IMG/VR virus record: IMGVR_UViG_3300030339_000006
Reading direction: 5' to 3' (one strand)
Origin: a virus
Length of the DNA stretch: 64,000 nt
Part shown: one piece after another, positions 48,223-57,347 of the stretch
Layout of the letters: each line of letters opens with the position of its first letter
Numbering within the stretch: the first letter of the stretch is position 1
Notes under the pieces: generated by a model
Database searches by the model: none
Told to the model about the DNA's origin: nothing
What the model saw: only the letters and a program-made list of their open reading frames with translations
Position numbers and translations under genes: made by a program

Positions 48223-48244
48223 GGGGCTTTTTTCGGAAACTGCT

Positions 48245-48877
48245 ATGGATTTTTTCGGTTGTCCAATTGATATCACGGTAGAACGCGGGCAGGTACATAT
48301 CGCCAGCACATCCCTGACTGAAAACCTCATCCTCCCTAAACGATTGGACCGAATGATCCTCGAGACCGACAAGATCCCGTTGGATTTACTCCTTCCAATC
48401 CTCAACCAATTCTCTGATACGAACAAGCAGGGCATCTTCCGCCGCCATCTGATCGAGGCCATCGTGATTGACAGTACGTGGATGACGAAGAAACTCCAGA
48501 AGGTGTATCCTCGCGTCGTTCCCGTCGTCCCGGGGCTTAACGTAACCTGCTACAACGAGGAAGGCCTCTGGATTGACGCGATGGATCTGGAGTATGACTT
48601 AAATCCCAAAGCTCGCCCCGCCCGTATCCCCCGATTATCCATGCGTCCATTCGACATGATGTATCGCCCTCGCCTGGCTCATCTGGAGCAGATGGAACGC
48701 GTCCGCTACTTTATCCCACTGCGTAGCCTCGACGATTACCTGGCCGCCAGCCGCAATCTGGCCAACGACAAGAACGTCCGGGCGTGGAAAGGACGCATCG
48801 AATCTGCCCTCCTGGATTACTGGGAGAACCTGGCGGACCTATCCTCTATCGGCTTACCGGAGAAATACCGTGCTTAA
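48245..48877 (+). CDS. Protein with two degenerate Bro-N/antirepressor-like segments
   Basis: FFGCPI...GQVHIASTSLTENL; EGLWIDAMDLEYDL. Confidence 0.45.
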   Translation: MDFFGCPIDITVERGQVHIASTSLTENLILPKRLDRMILETDKIPLDLLLPILNQFSDTNKQGIFRRHLIEAIVIDSTWMTKKLQKVYPRVVPVVPGLNVTCYNEEGLWIDAMDLEYDLNPKARPARIPRLSMRPFDMMYRPRLAHLEQMERVRYFIPLRSLDDYLAASRNLANDKNVRAWKGRIESALLDYWENLADLSSIGLPEKYRA

Positions 48878-49151
48878 AAACGTTGTCATTATCTTCGGGG
48901 TATCCCTCCCAATCATGGAGGATGGCCACCTGGTGTACGTCGACCCTGGTGAGCTTCTGAAGAAGCTGTCGATAGACCGCGAGCTGATCCCGTGCAATCG
49001 TCGAGTTGGCTGGTGGGATGGCTTCTGCCACATCTCTAAGGCCACGATGACTTCGGAGTACTTAGTGTATATGCTCAGGACTTTAAGGGGTTCACAGGAA
49101 GAGATCGAGAAGTACAACATCTACGCTGATGAGATTGAGCGACGGGTGTAA
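48870..49151 (+). CDS. Degenerate Bro-N-like protein
   Basis: IFGVSLPIMEDGHLVYVDPGELLKKLSI. Confidence 0.45.
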   Translation: MLKNVVIIFGVSLPIMEDGHLVYVDPGELLKKLSIDRELIPCNRRVGWWDGFCHISKATMTSEYLVYMLRTLRGSQEEIEKYNIYADEIERRV

Positions 49152-49155
49152 AAGA

Positions 49156-49182
49156 AAAGGGCCCCGTTAAGGGCCCTTTTTT
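49156..49182. terminator. Bidirectional terminator
   Basis: AAAAGGGCCC-CGTTAA-GGGCCCTTTTTT between convergent genes. Confidence 0.8.
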
Positions 49183-49267
49183 AGGCAGGAAAATGAAATT
49201 TCAACAGCATTCACAACATTCAATAACATAAGGAGGACTTCCACTATAGCTAAGTCCTCCTGGACTG

Positions 49268-52200
49268 TCAACCCGTAATTCGAATCGGAGTGTCACTTTG
49301 TACGTGACCTGCTTCGAGAGCCGCCAGTGCTTCAGCTTCTGTCTTGAATTCCACGACTTTCTTATCCATGTTCGGCTTAGTCAGGTGAACTGAACCGAGG
49401 ATCGCTTCGTGGCCCGGTGCGAACATCGGGTTGCCGTAACCTTTACGAGCGTCGTGCAGGTTGCTCGAAGGCATCAACTTCTCCTTCGCTTCCCGTACGG
49501 CTTCCGGAGTCATCGGCACGAACATCGACATGGCGTCACCGTCGTAGTCGGCTGCGAACGCCGGTAGGTGGAGGATGTTCACCCCGATCGTCTTACCGTC
49601 CGTCGGCACTGCCTTCATCGCCATGATGTTGGTACGCATCAGGGTCGGTGCACGGTTCAGCATGACCGGAACGGTATCCACGATGTGGTTAAAGCTCGCC
49701 GTCGCTGCGTCGTTACGTCCTTCGTAGGCGTTCTTCGCTTCCGCCAGGTCATACCCTTTCTGGCTCAGGTCACGAATGATGTGCATCTTGTACATCGTCC
49801 AGAGCTGATCAGCGGGGATACGGGCCTCGTTGAAACCAATATCTGGCGCCGCGTAGATCGTACCACGACCGGAGAAGTCCTGTTTCTTCTTCAGGATCTT
49901 ATCCTGGAAGTAACCCGTCTTCGGTCCACCGGTACCTTCCAGCTGACGCATCAGGCCTTTGGTCCCCTTCTGCTTCGCTTGGAAGTCAATCGGGTCACCG
50001 CCGTCCATGATTGCTTTCGCCCCGTTGTACAGGTCACGACGCAGATCGACCATCCCTTCCATGTCTGGAGAGATCATGTCCATCCCGATTTCGTCATCCA
50101 GACGCTTCAAGCGGCCATTTACCAGCATGTGGTGTTTGTACAGCTCGTTGACGTCAGCGTAGCCCAGACGGTTACCCGAAATGGTATACGGACGCATGAC
50201 CGGAGGAATTACCGGCATGTGGTGCAGCACGAGTGCCTTCGATGGATCCGTAAAGCCCTGCTTGGCCAGACCGGCCAGGTACTTCATCTTCTTCACGATG
50301 GTGTCACGCTTGGTGGCAGACTTCTCGTCCATCACTTTGCCACGCAGGTGGGCCAGCTCGTCGTCGACGTGAATGTCTTTCAACATCGCTTCGATCGCGT
50401 GTCCGCCGACCAGTGCTTCCCCACCCTCTTCTGCCGCTGCTTTCTCCAGCGTGTTGGAAACGGTCAGCTGTTTCACCAGAGCATCGTCCTTGTGGGTATC
50501 GACCAGGTCGAACAGGCCTTTACCGCGACGAATCACCCCATACTTCCCGGAGATCAGGTTCGTCATGTGCTCTTTGCTCAGACCCAGCAGGGCACGAGCA
50601 GGATCTTCCATGACCGGGTTAACGATCGGTTCCATCAGCTTGTAGTGAGACCAGTTGTTACCTTCTGGACCACCGGTCACGTCCATATCGAACAGGCCGC
50701 CCTTCACTGGAGAGACGTTACGAGCCAAGATCATGTCCGGCTTGTGAATCTCACCGCTCGAGTTACCTAGCACTTCACGGTCGGTCATTGGGCCGGCCAC
50801 GAGGTTACCGTTACGCTCAGAGACGTTGATGCCTGAACCACGCAGGTAATCGAAGAACTTACGCGTGGCGAAAGTCGTCTTCGGCTGCGGCAGTGGCAGG
50901 CCACGCATGAACTTGTCCCAGTAATCGTGGGTGTCAGAGTGATCACCACCTTCAGACTTCACGGTACCGATCTCTTTCAAGTTAGCACGAGCGTTGGAAC
51001 CCAACAGGCCCAGGAACTCCATGTAACCCACGGCCTTAGCACCATCGTCACCACCCTTAGTAGGCTGGGCGTTGTTGTCGTAGCCACCAACTGAACGGGC
51101 CGAGTAGTTCGCATCGGTCGTCTTGTTCAGCTTCAGGAAGTACTGTGGCCCCGTCAGGACATTCGTACCGTACACGTGACCGGTTTTCGGATCGATAACG
51201 GTGTCGGTGTCAGACAGGCCGTGCTCTTTTAGCTTAGCCATCAAGTTCTTGACGGTGTTGCCTTCTTCGTAGACTTTGGTCTTGTACGGCTGCCCGGTCT
51301 TCTGAGCAATCTTACCGGCCGCAGCTTCGAAGATCTGACCCAGGTTGATACGGGACGTTACTGACGCTGGGTTCAGAATCAGGTCGAACGGCTTACCGGT
51401 AGTACCGCTGGTAGGCATTTCGTCGTCTTCGAGAACCGCTGAGACCACGCCTTTGTTCCCGTGGAAGCCAGTGACTTTATCGCCGATCTCCAGGTTACGT
51501 TCACAGCGAACCATGATGCGAATCTTCTTCCCGTCAACGCTGGTGTCGGTCACGGTACCTTTTTCTTTGTGGTCCCAGACTTCTGCAGCAGAACGGTACG
51601 GGTTCACCAGCGTCTTATGCAGACGGCCGAGCACCATGTCCGTTTCGGTCAGTTGACGCTGCTCGAGAACGGCGAAGACCGGGTCACCGTATTCCAGCAC
51701 GGCACCCTGCTTAGCGAAGCCACGGGAGTCCAGCTTGGAGAGCTGCTCTGCAGTGAACTTGCCGGCGAAGGCTGCTTTGTACTTGTTGACGTCCGCGATG
51801 GTGTCTTTACCCATCTCGTATTCCACTTTGTACGCGTGGTTGGACTGCAGCTTCTCCGTCGCAGAGCGAGACACGACGATACCATCTTCGTGGTTGAACC
51901 CTTTGAATGGCATGTACGCCGTTTCCAGGTTCTTACCGATCGCCAACTGGCCGTCTTTGGTGTAGTTGTTGTCCGTCAGTACCTGACCGGCTTCAACCTG
52001 AGCACCGACCGGGTGCAGGTTAGGTTCGTCATCGTGGAAGCCTTTCATGTTGAACGGCAGGTTCTGCACGAAGTCGACGGTGTGTTCTTTCCCGTCGTGA
52101 GCCTTGATCACCATCTGAGACGGTGTGGACTTCACTACGGTACCCGTCACCGGCGCCACGGTAGACACGATCTTACCGATCGCAGAAACGAAGGTCTCGC

Positions 52201-53848
52201 CGTTATCCGCAACGGTCTGCACCAGCGGAGTCTCACGGTTCGTCAGGGACAACGCCTGTGGGATCGCCTTGCCTGCCATGGTCAGACGGCCCGGGTGGTT
52301 GGTGTTCAGGAACGGCACGAGGTTAGTCGTGATCGTGTACATGTCCGTACCGGATGGAATCCAGTATTGAACCTGGCCGCGAGGCACGTTCTTGAACTCG
52401 CCGTGAACCTGAGCCTGGACGATTGGCTTACCGTTGTCCTTCTCACCCGGGAACCCGATGGTGTGCGTCATGATTTCGTTGGCAGACAGATAAACCTTCT
52501 TGCCTTGATTATCGACGGCACGAGCGTACATCCCACCTTCTTTGTCACGGTGAGCCGTGATGGTGAAACGCTGGTCCAGACCGGCAGTTGACGATTCTGG
52601 TGTACGGGACGGGTCAATGATACCGAGCTGAGAGGGGTGCACGTTACGGCTCTCCGTCGTGGCCTGGCGCTCAGAGGACATCCCGCCGTCACCGGCAGCA
52701 ATTAGGGTCACCTTACCGACGTTCTCGATAGACTCGACAGGGTTGGTCTCATCCGGCGTAGAGCTCAGCTGAGAACCGATGATGAAGTCCGAGTAAATCT
52801 TGTTGAACGGCTTGGCCGGGATCACTTCACGCAGGCTCGGGGCCGCGTCATTGATTCGGCTCAGGTTGTACTTGATGCGGTCAAAGGACTTCCCAACGGT
52901 CTGGTGCAGCTTGTTCGCTTCGAAACGACGACCGATGAAGTCCGGCAGGTTCTGAACACGCTTGAACTGCAGGGAGTCACGGTTATCTTCCGGACGCTTC
53001 TTCGAGTACACTTCGACGATGTTCTTCATCGCACGCAGCAGTGTCTCTGGCTCGATCCCACCGAAGGACTTCCCAAGGGTTGTCGCGGTAGTCTCTTTGT
53101 CCAGAGTCATTTCGGCCAGACGGCTCTTCAGCGCCACGCCCATTTCCTCAGTGGAAACACTGCGGGACTGTTCTTTGCGGTCAACCAAACGCTTGTACAG
53201 CTGGCCGAGGATCAGGTCTTCCTTACCCTTGGTGATCTTGCGGTTAGCCATCCACACGTCAGACGGAACGAAACGCATCACGTCGGCGTCGGACAGGCCA
53301 AAGCCCTTGGTCATCAACGGAGCGATCGGAATGTGCAAGTTCTTGCCGTTGATCTTGGAGAAGTAAATCTCCATGGTCTTCGAATCCAGGCCGAGAGAGA
53401 ACGTCGCACCCTTACCGGTGTTGATGTTCGTTTCCAGCTCGCCGTTGTTGGTCTTACGGGTGTAAACCCCGGGACGCAGCTGCATTAAGTTGGCGACGGA
53501 ATAGTTGTTCCCTTTGTACAGTAGGGTATGCTTGTTGGTGACGTGGAAGGTGTCAGCCAGGGCGAAGTTCTGCACGCGGTCAACCAGTTTCCCGGTCGCA
53601 CGGTCGTGCAGCATCAACGTACCGCGGATTGGGTACGTCAGAGAACGCGACTTCAAGATCGCGTCCTTCTCATCTGCCGTGGTGTAGTTCTTCTTGTCGA
53701 CATGCATGTCCTCTACCGACAGGGTGTACTTACCCGTCTCGATAGGGAACTGTTGCTTGATACCCTGGAGCATCGCGTCATCAGTGGCCGCGTTGATTGC
53801 GACCGGTGACGAGAAGATAGGCATCAATTCACTTGCTGTCTTAGGCAT
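49268..53848 (-). CDS. rpoBC: RNA polymerase beta subunit fused to N-terminal half of beta' (contains the catalytic DYDGD)
   Basis: beta motifs: TPE, GFNHEDG, GDKVTGFHGNKGVV, NPASVTSRINLGQ. beta' motifs: KKQDFSGRG, NRAPTL, AADYDGD. Confidence 0.92.
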   Translation of the reverse strand: MPKTASELMPIFSSPVAINAATDDAMLQGIKQQFPIETGKYTLSVEDMHVDKKNYTTADEKDAILKSRSLTYPIRGTLMLHDRATGKLVDRVQNFALADTFHVTNKHTLLYKGNNYSVANLMQLRPGVYTRKTNNGELETNINTGKGATFSLGLDSKTMEIYFSKINGKNLHIPIAPLMTKGFGLSDADVMRFVPSDVWMANRKITKGKEDLILGQLYKRLVDRKEQSRSVSTEEMGVALKSRLAEMTLDKETTATTLGKSFGGIEPETLLRAMKNIVEVYSKKRPEDNRDSLQFKRVQNLPDFIGRRFEANKLHQTVGKSFDRIKYNLSRINDAAPSLREVIPAKPFNKIYSDFIIGSQLSSTPDETNPVESIENVGKVTLIAAGDGGMSSERQATTESRNVHPSQLGIIDPSRTPESSTAGLDQRFTITAHRDKEGGMYARAVDNQGKKVYLSANEIMTHTIGFPGEKDNGKPIVQAQVHGEFKNVPRGQVQYWIPSGTDMYTITTNLVPFLNTNHPGRLTMAGKAIPQALSLTNRETPLVQTVADNGETFVSAIGKIVSTVAPVTGTVVKSTPSQMVIKAHDGKEHTVDFVQNLPFNMKGFHDDEPNLHPVGAQVEAGQVLTDNNYTKDGQLAIGKNLETAYMPFKGFNHEDGIVVSRSATEKLQSNHAYKVEYEMGKDTIADVNKYKAAFAGKFTAEQLSKLDSRGFAKQGAVLEYGDPVFAVLEQRQLTETDMVLGRLHKTLVNPYRSAAEVWDHKEKGTVTDTSVDGKKIRIMVRCERNLEIGDKVTGFHGNKGVVSAVLEDDEMPTSGTTGKPFDLILNPASVTSRINLGQIFEAAAGKIAQKTGQPYKTKVYEEGNTVKNLMAKLKEHGLSDTDTVIDPKTGHVYGTNVLTGPQYFLKLNKTTDANYSARSVGGYDNNAQPTKGGDDGAKAVGYMEFLGLLGSNARANLKEIGTVKSEGGDHSDTHDYWDKFMRGLPLPQPKTTFATRKFFDYLRGSGINVSERNGNLVAGPMTDREVLGNSSGEIHKPDMILARNVSPVKGGLFDMDVTGGPEGNNWSHYKLMEPIVNPVMEDPARALLGLSKEHMTNLISGKYGVIRRGKGLFDLVDTHKDDALVKQLTVSNTLEKAAAEEGGEALVGGHAIEAMLKDIHVDDELAHLRGKVMDEKSATKRDTIVKKMKYLAGLAKQGFTDPSKALVLHHMPVIPPVMRPYTISGNRLGYADVNELYKHHMLVNGRLKRLDDEIGMDMISPDMEGMVDLRRDLYNGAKAIMDGGDPIDFQAKQKGTKGLMRQLEGTGGPKTGYFQDKILKKKQDFSGRGTIYAAPDIGFNEARIPADQLWTMYKMHIIRDLSQKGYDLAEAKNAYEGRNDAATASFNHIVDTVPVMLNRAPTLMRTNIMAMKAVPTDGKTIGVNILHLPAFAADYDGDAMSMFVPMTPEAVREAKEKLMPSSNLHDARKGYGNPMFAPGHEAILGSVHLTKPNMDKKVVEFKTEAEALAALEAGHVQSDTPIRITG

Positions 53849-54116
53849 TGCGTTTCTCCATGTAGATTACAACGGCAGTATAGATCCCGGTGGCAGACGA
53901 GATGGAGTCTTTACGCTCCACCACAATGACACTGCCCTGCAGGCTTCGAGTCAGGAGAGACTCCATCTGCAGCGTGTCATCGTCTTCACCCCCGATAGTG
54001 AAGTACCCGATACGGTACTGCCACTCGTCCATGTTAATCCCTAACTGATCAACGGCCGGGGTAACCCCGGGCATTGCGTTCCCTTCATTACTTGGTTCCA
54101 GCGGATTCTTGGCCAT
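53841..54116 (-). CDS. Small acidic hypothetical protein between portal and RNAP
   Basis: RBS AGGAG; overlaps both neighbours. Confidence 0.65.
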   Translation of the reverse strand: MAKNPLEPSNEGNAMPGVTPAVDQLGINMDEWQYRIGYFTIGGEDDDTLQMESLLTRSLQGSVIVVERKDSISSATGIYTAVVIYMEKRNA

Positions 54117-55800
54117 CTTGTTCTCCTTGTTGTGCCGGTGGCAGGTTTTCGATGATGTTCATAACGCTCTGATACATCGTCTGGTCTTTCGCCTGTAGAG
54201 CCAACAGAGCTTGCTGCTGAGCTTCTGGAGGAGTCTGCAGAATCTTCGCAGCTTCGTCATAGGCTTCTTTACGGTTGTCAGCGAATCCTGAGCTGTCTTT
54301 ATCAGACGCCAGGCCTTTGGATTTCGCGAAGATTGCTTTCTCGACGAGGTCTTTCGTTTCGACCTGGCTTTCAGCAGAGGAGACGGTATCGTTCATCATC
54401 TTCTCGAGTTCTTCATCATAATCCATTCCGAACGCTTCTAACAGGGTAGATGCAGACAAAATGTTAGATTTCCACATGTCCATCATGGACGCTTTCAGTG
54501 CTTCGTTATCCGTAAGTTTAAACGGCACGAGCTTCACTTCGGCAATCTCCAGAGACAGATATGACGCGATCTTCTCCATGATCCATTCGATCATATCCTT
54601 GAGCTGGCCCACGTAGTTGTTCATCGTGTTTTCCAGCAGACGCAGACCGATGGTTGAAGACGTCCAGTTAGTCGTACCAGACAGCAGTTCACGGGATACC
54701 CCCATGGACATCAGCTGTTGCTCTTCAGCGTACTGCAACTCTTGGGAGACCAACAGGGAACGTCCCTGGCCACCGATTTGCTGCGAACCGATCGGGATCG
54801 GAGAGATCAGCACGTGGTTCGGGTCCGACTTCATCTGACGGATTGTCCCCTTCATGTGCTTCGCGAAACCACGCAGTGACATCTGGGCCACCGGGTCGGC
54901 GTTCGCTGAGTTCTGCTGCGGGAAGATAACACGCAACGGAACCATGTGTTCTGCCGCCACTGCTTCGTTAGCCTTGCGGAGCATTGCCTGGTAGAACACC
55001 AGACCGTAGTGAGAGATCAACGGTGGGATGCCCAGCCCATCAATCATGTTACCCATCGAAATGGACTTCATGTGGTAGATGTTGGTGTCATCGAACAGGT
55101 AATCTTTACCAAAGCGTACGGCTTCAACCATAGACCACGGCACGGTAGACAGGAACAGTGGGTCGCCCATCATGATCTTCTTCTTCACGTCGCCAGGAAT
55201 CTGATAGTAGAACTCGGATTCTCCGGTCACCGGGTTGTGGTTCAGAGAGACGTTCTCTGGTTTCCACTTGATCAGGTTGATGCGAGACACGTCACGGGAC
55301 TTAGTGTCGACCAATTTGTAGTTCACGATGTTGTGACAGTTCGGGCATTCCCCGACGAATTGCCATTTCTTGAACGCTGCGAAGCCAGAACGCATGGCAG
55401 TCTTCACTTCGTAGGACGAGCGGCAGTTCGGGCAGTGCACGTGGCGGTCAATCGGGAAGTAGATCGACGTGTAAACGTTACCGAGCGTGTAGTAATCGAA
55501 ACCGGCGTCACAGAGCTTCTCTTTGAACTTGATGCTCTTGAAGATCTGCTTGTACGTCTCGATGGTTTTCTCGTTCTTGGAGTCCGTCAGGAACTCAGTG
55601 ATCGGGTAAGAGGAAAGCTTACGGATCACTTCGGTGGTAGTCGGCGCCTGGGTAGTGATGTAGCGGGACCACTTGATAATGTCATGAAAGCTACGCGGGA
55701 TGAACTGGTTCGCTTGCGTAAAGAAAGGACTCGGCAGTTGGCCGACCTCGTAGCTGTCATACATTCCACTCGGGGTGGGGTTAAGTCCGAACATTGACAT
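54088..55800 (-). CDS. Portal protein (putative) with Zn-ribbon insertion
   Basis: DYYTLGNVY, IYHMK...GLGIPPL, MGVSRELL.G portal-like pattern; CPNC...CPNC insert. Confidence 0.7.
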   Translation of the reverse strand: MSMFGLNPTPSGMYDSYEVGQLPSPFFTQANQFIPRSFHDIIKWSRYITTQAPTTTEVIRKLSSYPITEFLTDSKNEKTIETYKQIFKSIKFKEKLCDAGFDYYTLGNVYTSIYFPIDRHVHCPNCRSSYEVKTAMRSGFAAFKKWQFVGECPNCHNIVNYKLVDTKSRDVSRINLIKWKPENVSLNHNPVTGESEFYYQIPGDVKKKIMMGDPLFLSTVPWSMVEAVRFGKDYLFDDTNIYHMKSISMGNMIDGLGIPPLISHYGLVFYQAMLRKANEAVAAEHMVPLRVIFPQQNSANADPVAQMSLRGFAKHMKGTIRQMKSDPNHVLISPIPIGSQQIGGQGRSLLVSQELQYAEEQQLMSMGVSRELLSGTTNWTSSTIGLRLLENTMNNYVGQLKDMIEWIMEKIASYLSLEIAEVKLVPFKLTDNEALKASMMDMWKSNILSASTLLEAFGMDYDEELEKMMNDTVSSAESQVETKDLVEKAIFAKSKGLASDKDSSGFADNRKEAYDEAAKILQTPPEAQQQALLALQAKDQTMYQSVMNIIENLPPAQQGEQDGQESAGTK

Positions 55801-55896
55801 GATTAGTCCTCGTTAGTTGTTCTAAGATTTTAGACGATCCAATTCTCAGGAACCGGCCTGGTATAAGTATTGTGTAAACCACATAGGAGATAGTTT

Positions 55897-56124
55897 ATGT
55901 CATTACTGAAGAAATTGGAACCGTCGACTTCTAGTCAATTAACGACAATGGCCTTAGTTGGTACGGCTATTGTACTCGGTGCGGTGGCAATACGCCATAG
56001 CATTGAGATCAAAGAGTTAAAGAAGTGGACTGATCTTCAGACCAAATTGAACAACAGCCTGGTCCCCGTAGTTCTGGCTCAGGGTGGTCAAATCCGTAAC
56101 CTGCATGCGAAGGAAACTCTGTGA
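55897..56124 (+). CDS. Small single-TM protein
   Basis: RBS AGGAG after GGTATAA; MALVGTAIVLGAVAI. Confidence 0.65.
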   Translation: MSLLKKLEPSTSSQLTTMALVGTAIVLGAVAIRHSIEIKELKKWTDLQTKLNNSLVPVVLAQGGQIRNLHAKETL

Positions 56125-56468
56125 ATATCATTATCGAAGTAAACGGTCTGAACCAGTGCGATTTCGTACAGAACGGCTACTGGGTGCGTAACCCGTCAGT
56201 TGAACTCTGTGGTGTAAATGATAGCGATGACTGTAAAGTCAACGTTATCCAGTGGTTGAAAGACCTGGAGCCGGTACCGTTCGAGAACATTTCGGACTTC
56301 GAAGGTCAGGTGCCATTGGTCGTCGATCAGATCGACTTGTTTATTAAAGAGTTGGAAGGCATGGATGTAATCACCCAGACCTTCTCCACTGACACGATCT
56401 TCATCAGTGTCCGGGCTATTGCGAAGTACAGCAGCGATTACGTCTTCGACCCTGCGGATTTTCAATAA
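56121..56468 (+). CDS. Acidic hypothetical protein
   Basis: GTGA overlap with the upstream gene. Confidence 0.65.
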   Translation: MNIIIEVNGLNQCDFVQNGYWVRNPSVELCGVNDSDDCKVNVIQWLKDLEPVPFENISDFEGQVPLVVDQIDLFIKELEGMDVITQTFSTDTIFISVRAIAKYSSDYVFDPADFQ

Positions 56469-56540
56469 CAGAAAACCGTAATGGTATAAGAAGGTTGTAG
56501 AAAGAGATTAGATTAACCATAACCCCATAAGGAAAGTAAC

Positions 56541-56969
56541 ATGACTACCCAGAAAACCAATACTGCTAAGAACACTGCTAAACCTACTCTGTCTGTTGAA
56601 GAGCGTCTGGAAATGATCGAGAGCGGTCAAGAGCGTACTGCTCAGATCGTTGGTGAATTAGATCAACGTCTGAGCAGCATTCAGGCTGACGTTGCGACTG
56701 AAGCAGTAATCGATGCGTTGGCTCCGGCAGCGAAGAAAAACCTGCTGGCTGGCCTGAAACAAACCAGTACTACCCGTAAAGTTGTTATCGCTACTGTTGC
56801 TACTGCAGCGGTTGCTGGTGTTGGCTATGCAGGTTACCGCGGTCTGGAAATGTACAAAGATCGTAAAGCTGCTGGTGCAATGGCAGAAGTACTGAGCGTT
56901 GCTCACGTGGACTCACCGTCTACCGTCAGCAAACAAGATGCGATCCGTCAGGGTCTGGGCGTTAAGTAA
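56541..56969 (+). CDS. Coiled-coil plus single-TM protein
   Basis: Own GGTATAA, RBS AAGGA, strongly biased codons. Confidence 0.7.
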   Translation: MTTQKTNTAKNTAKPTLSVEERLEMIESGQERTAQIVGELDQRLSSIQADVATEAVIDALAPAAKKNLLAGLKQTSTTRKVVIATVATAAVAGVGYAGYRGLEMYKDRKAAGAMAEVLSVAHVDSPSTVSKQDAIRQGLGVK

Positions 56970-57032
56970 TCGGTTGAGGGGTCACTAGCTAAGGCCCCTT
57001 TCCCTCTCCACTAAGAATAACAGGAAATACTC

Positions 57033-57251
57033 ATGAGCAAATTACTCGATCAGTTGAAAGAAAGTTCCCCGAATGTAAAATTGGGTGTGGCAGTTGCAAC
57101 AGGCGTGGCAGTGGGCATCGCAGGTACTATCGCGATTCAAGCTTACGGTCAACGCAAAGAGCGTCTGGCTACTCAACGCACGCTGAGCCTGCAGGATAAC
57201 AACAACATCGTTCCCCTGCGTATGTTTCGCACAGTGAACGCTCAGCAGTAA
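57033..57251 (+). CDS. Small single-TM protein
   Basis: LGVAVATGVAVGIAGTIAI. Confidence 0.65.
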   Translation: MSKLLDQLKESSPNVKLGVAVATGVAVGIAGTIAIQAYGQRKERLATQRTLSLQDNNNIVPLRMFRTVNAQQ

Positions 57252-57313
57252 CAAATTTGCCCCGGTCGGTGCCAACACCAGGCCATCACACGAACCGGTC
57301 GGGGCAAACCACT

Positions 57314-57332
57314 AAAGACTTCGGTCTTTTTT
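57314..57332 (+). terminator. Rho-independent terminator
   Basis: AAAGAC-TTCG-GTCTTTTTT. Confidence 0.75.
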
Positions 57333-57347
57333 ACATTAGGGTTAACT

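Noticed and set aside
44834-49268. Intron or intein explaining the split beta'
   Set aside because: The beta'C ORF has its own promoter motif and GGAGG RBS, and the gap holds ordinary genes and terminators with no homing endonuclease or splicing motifs.
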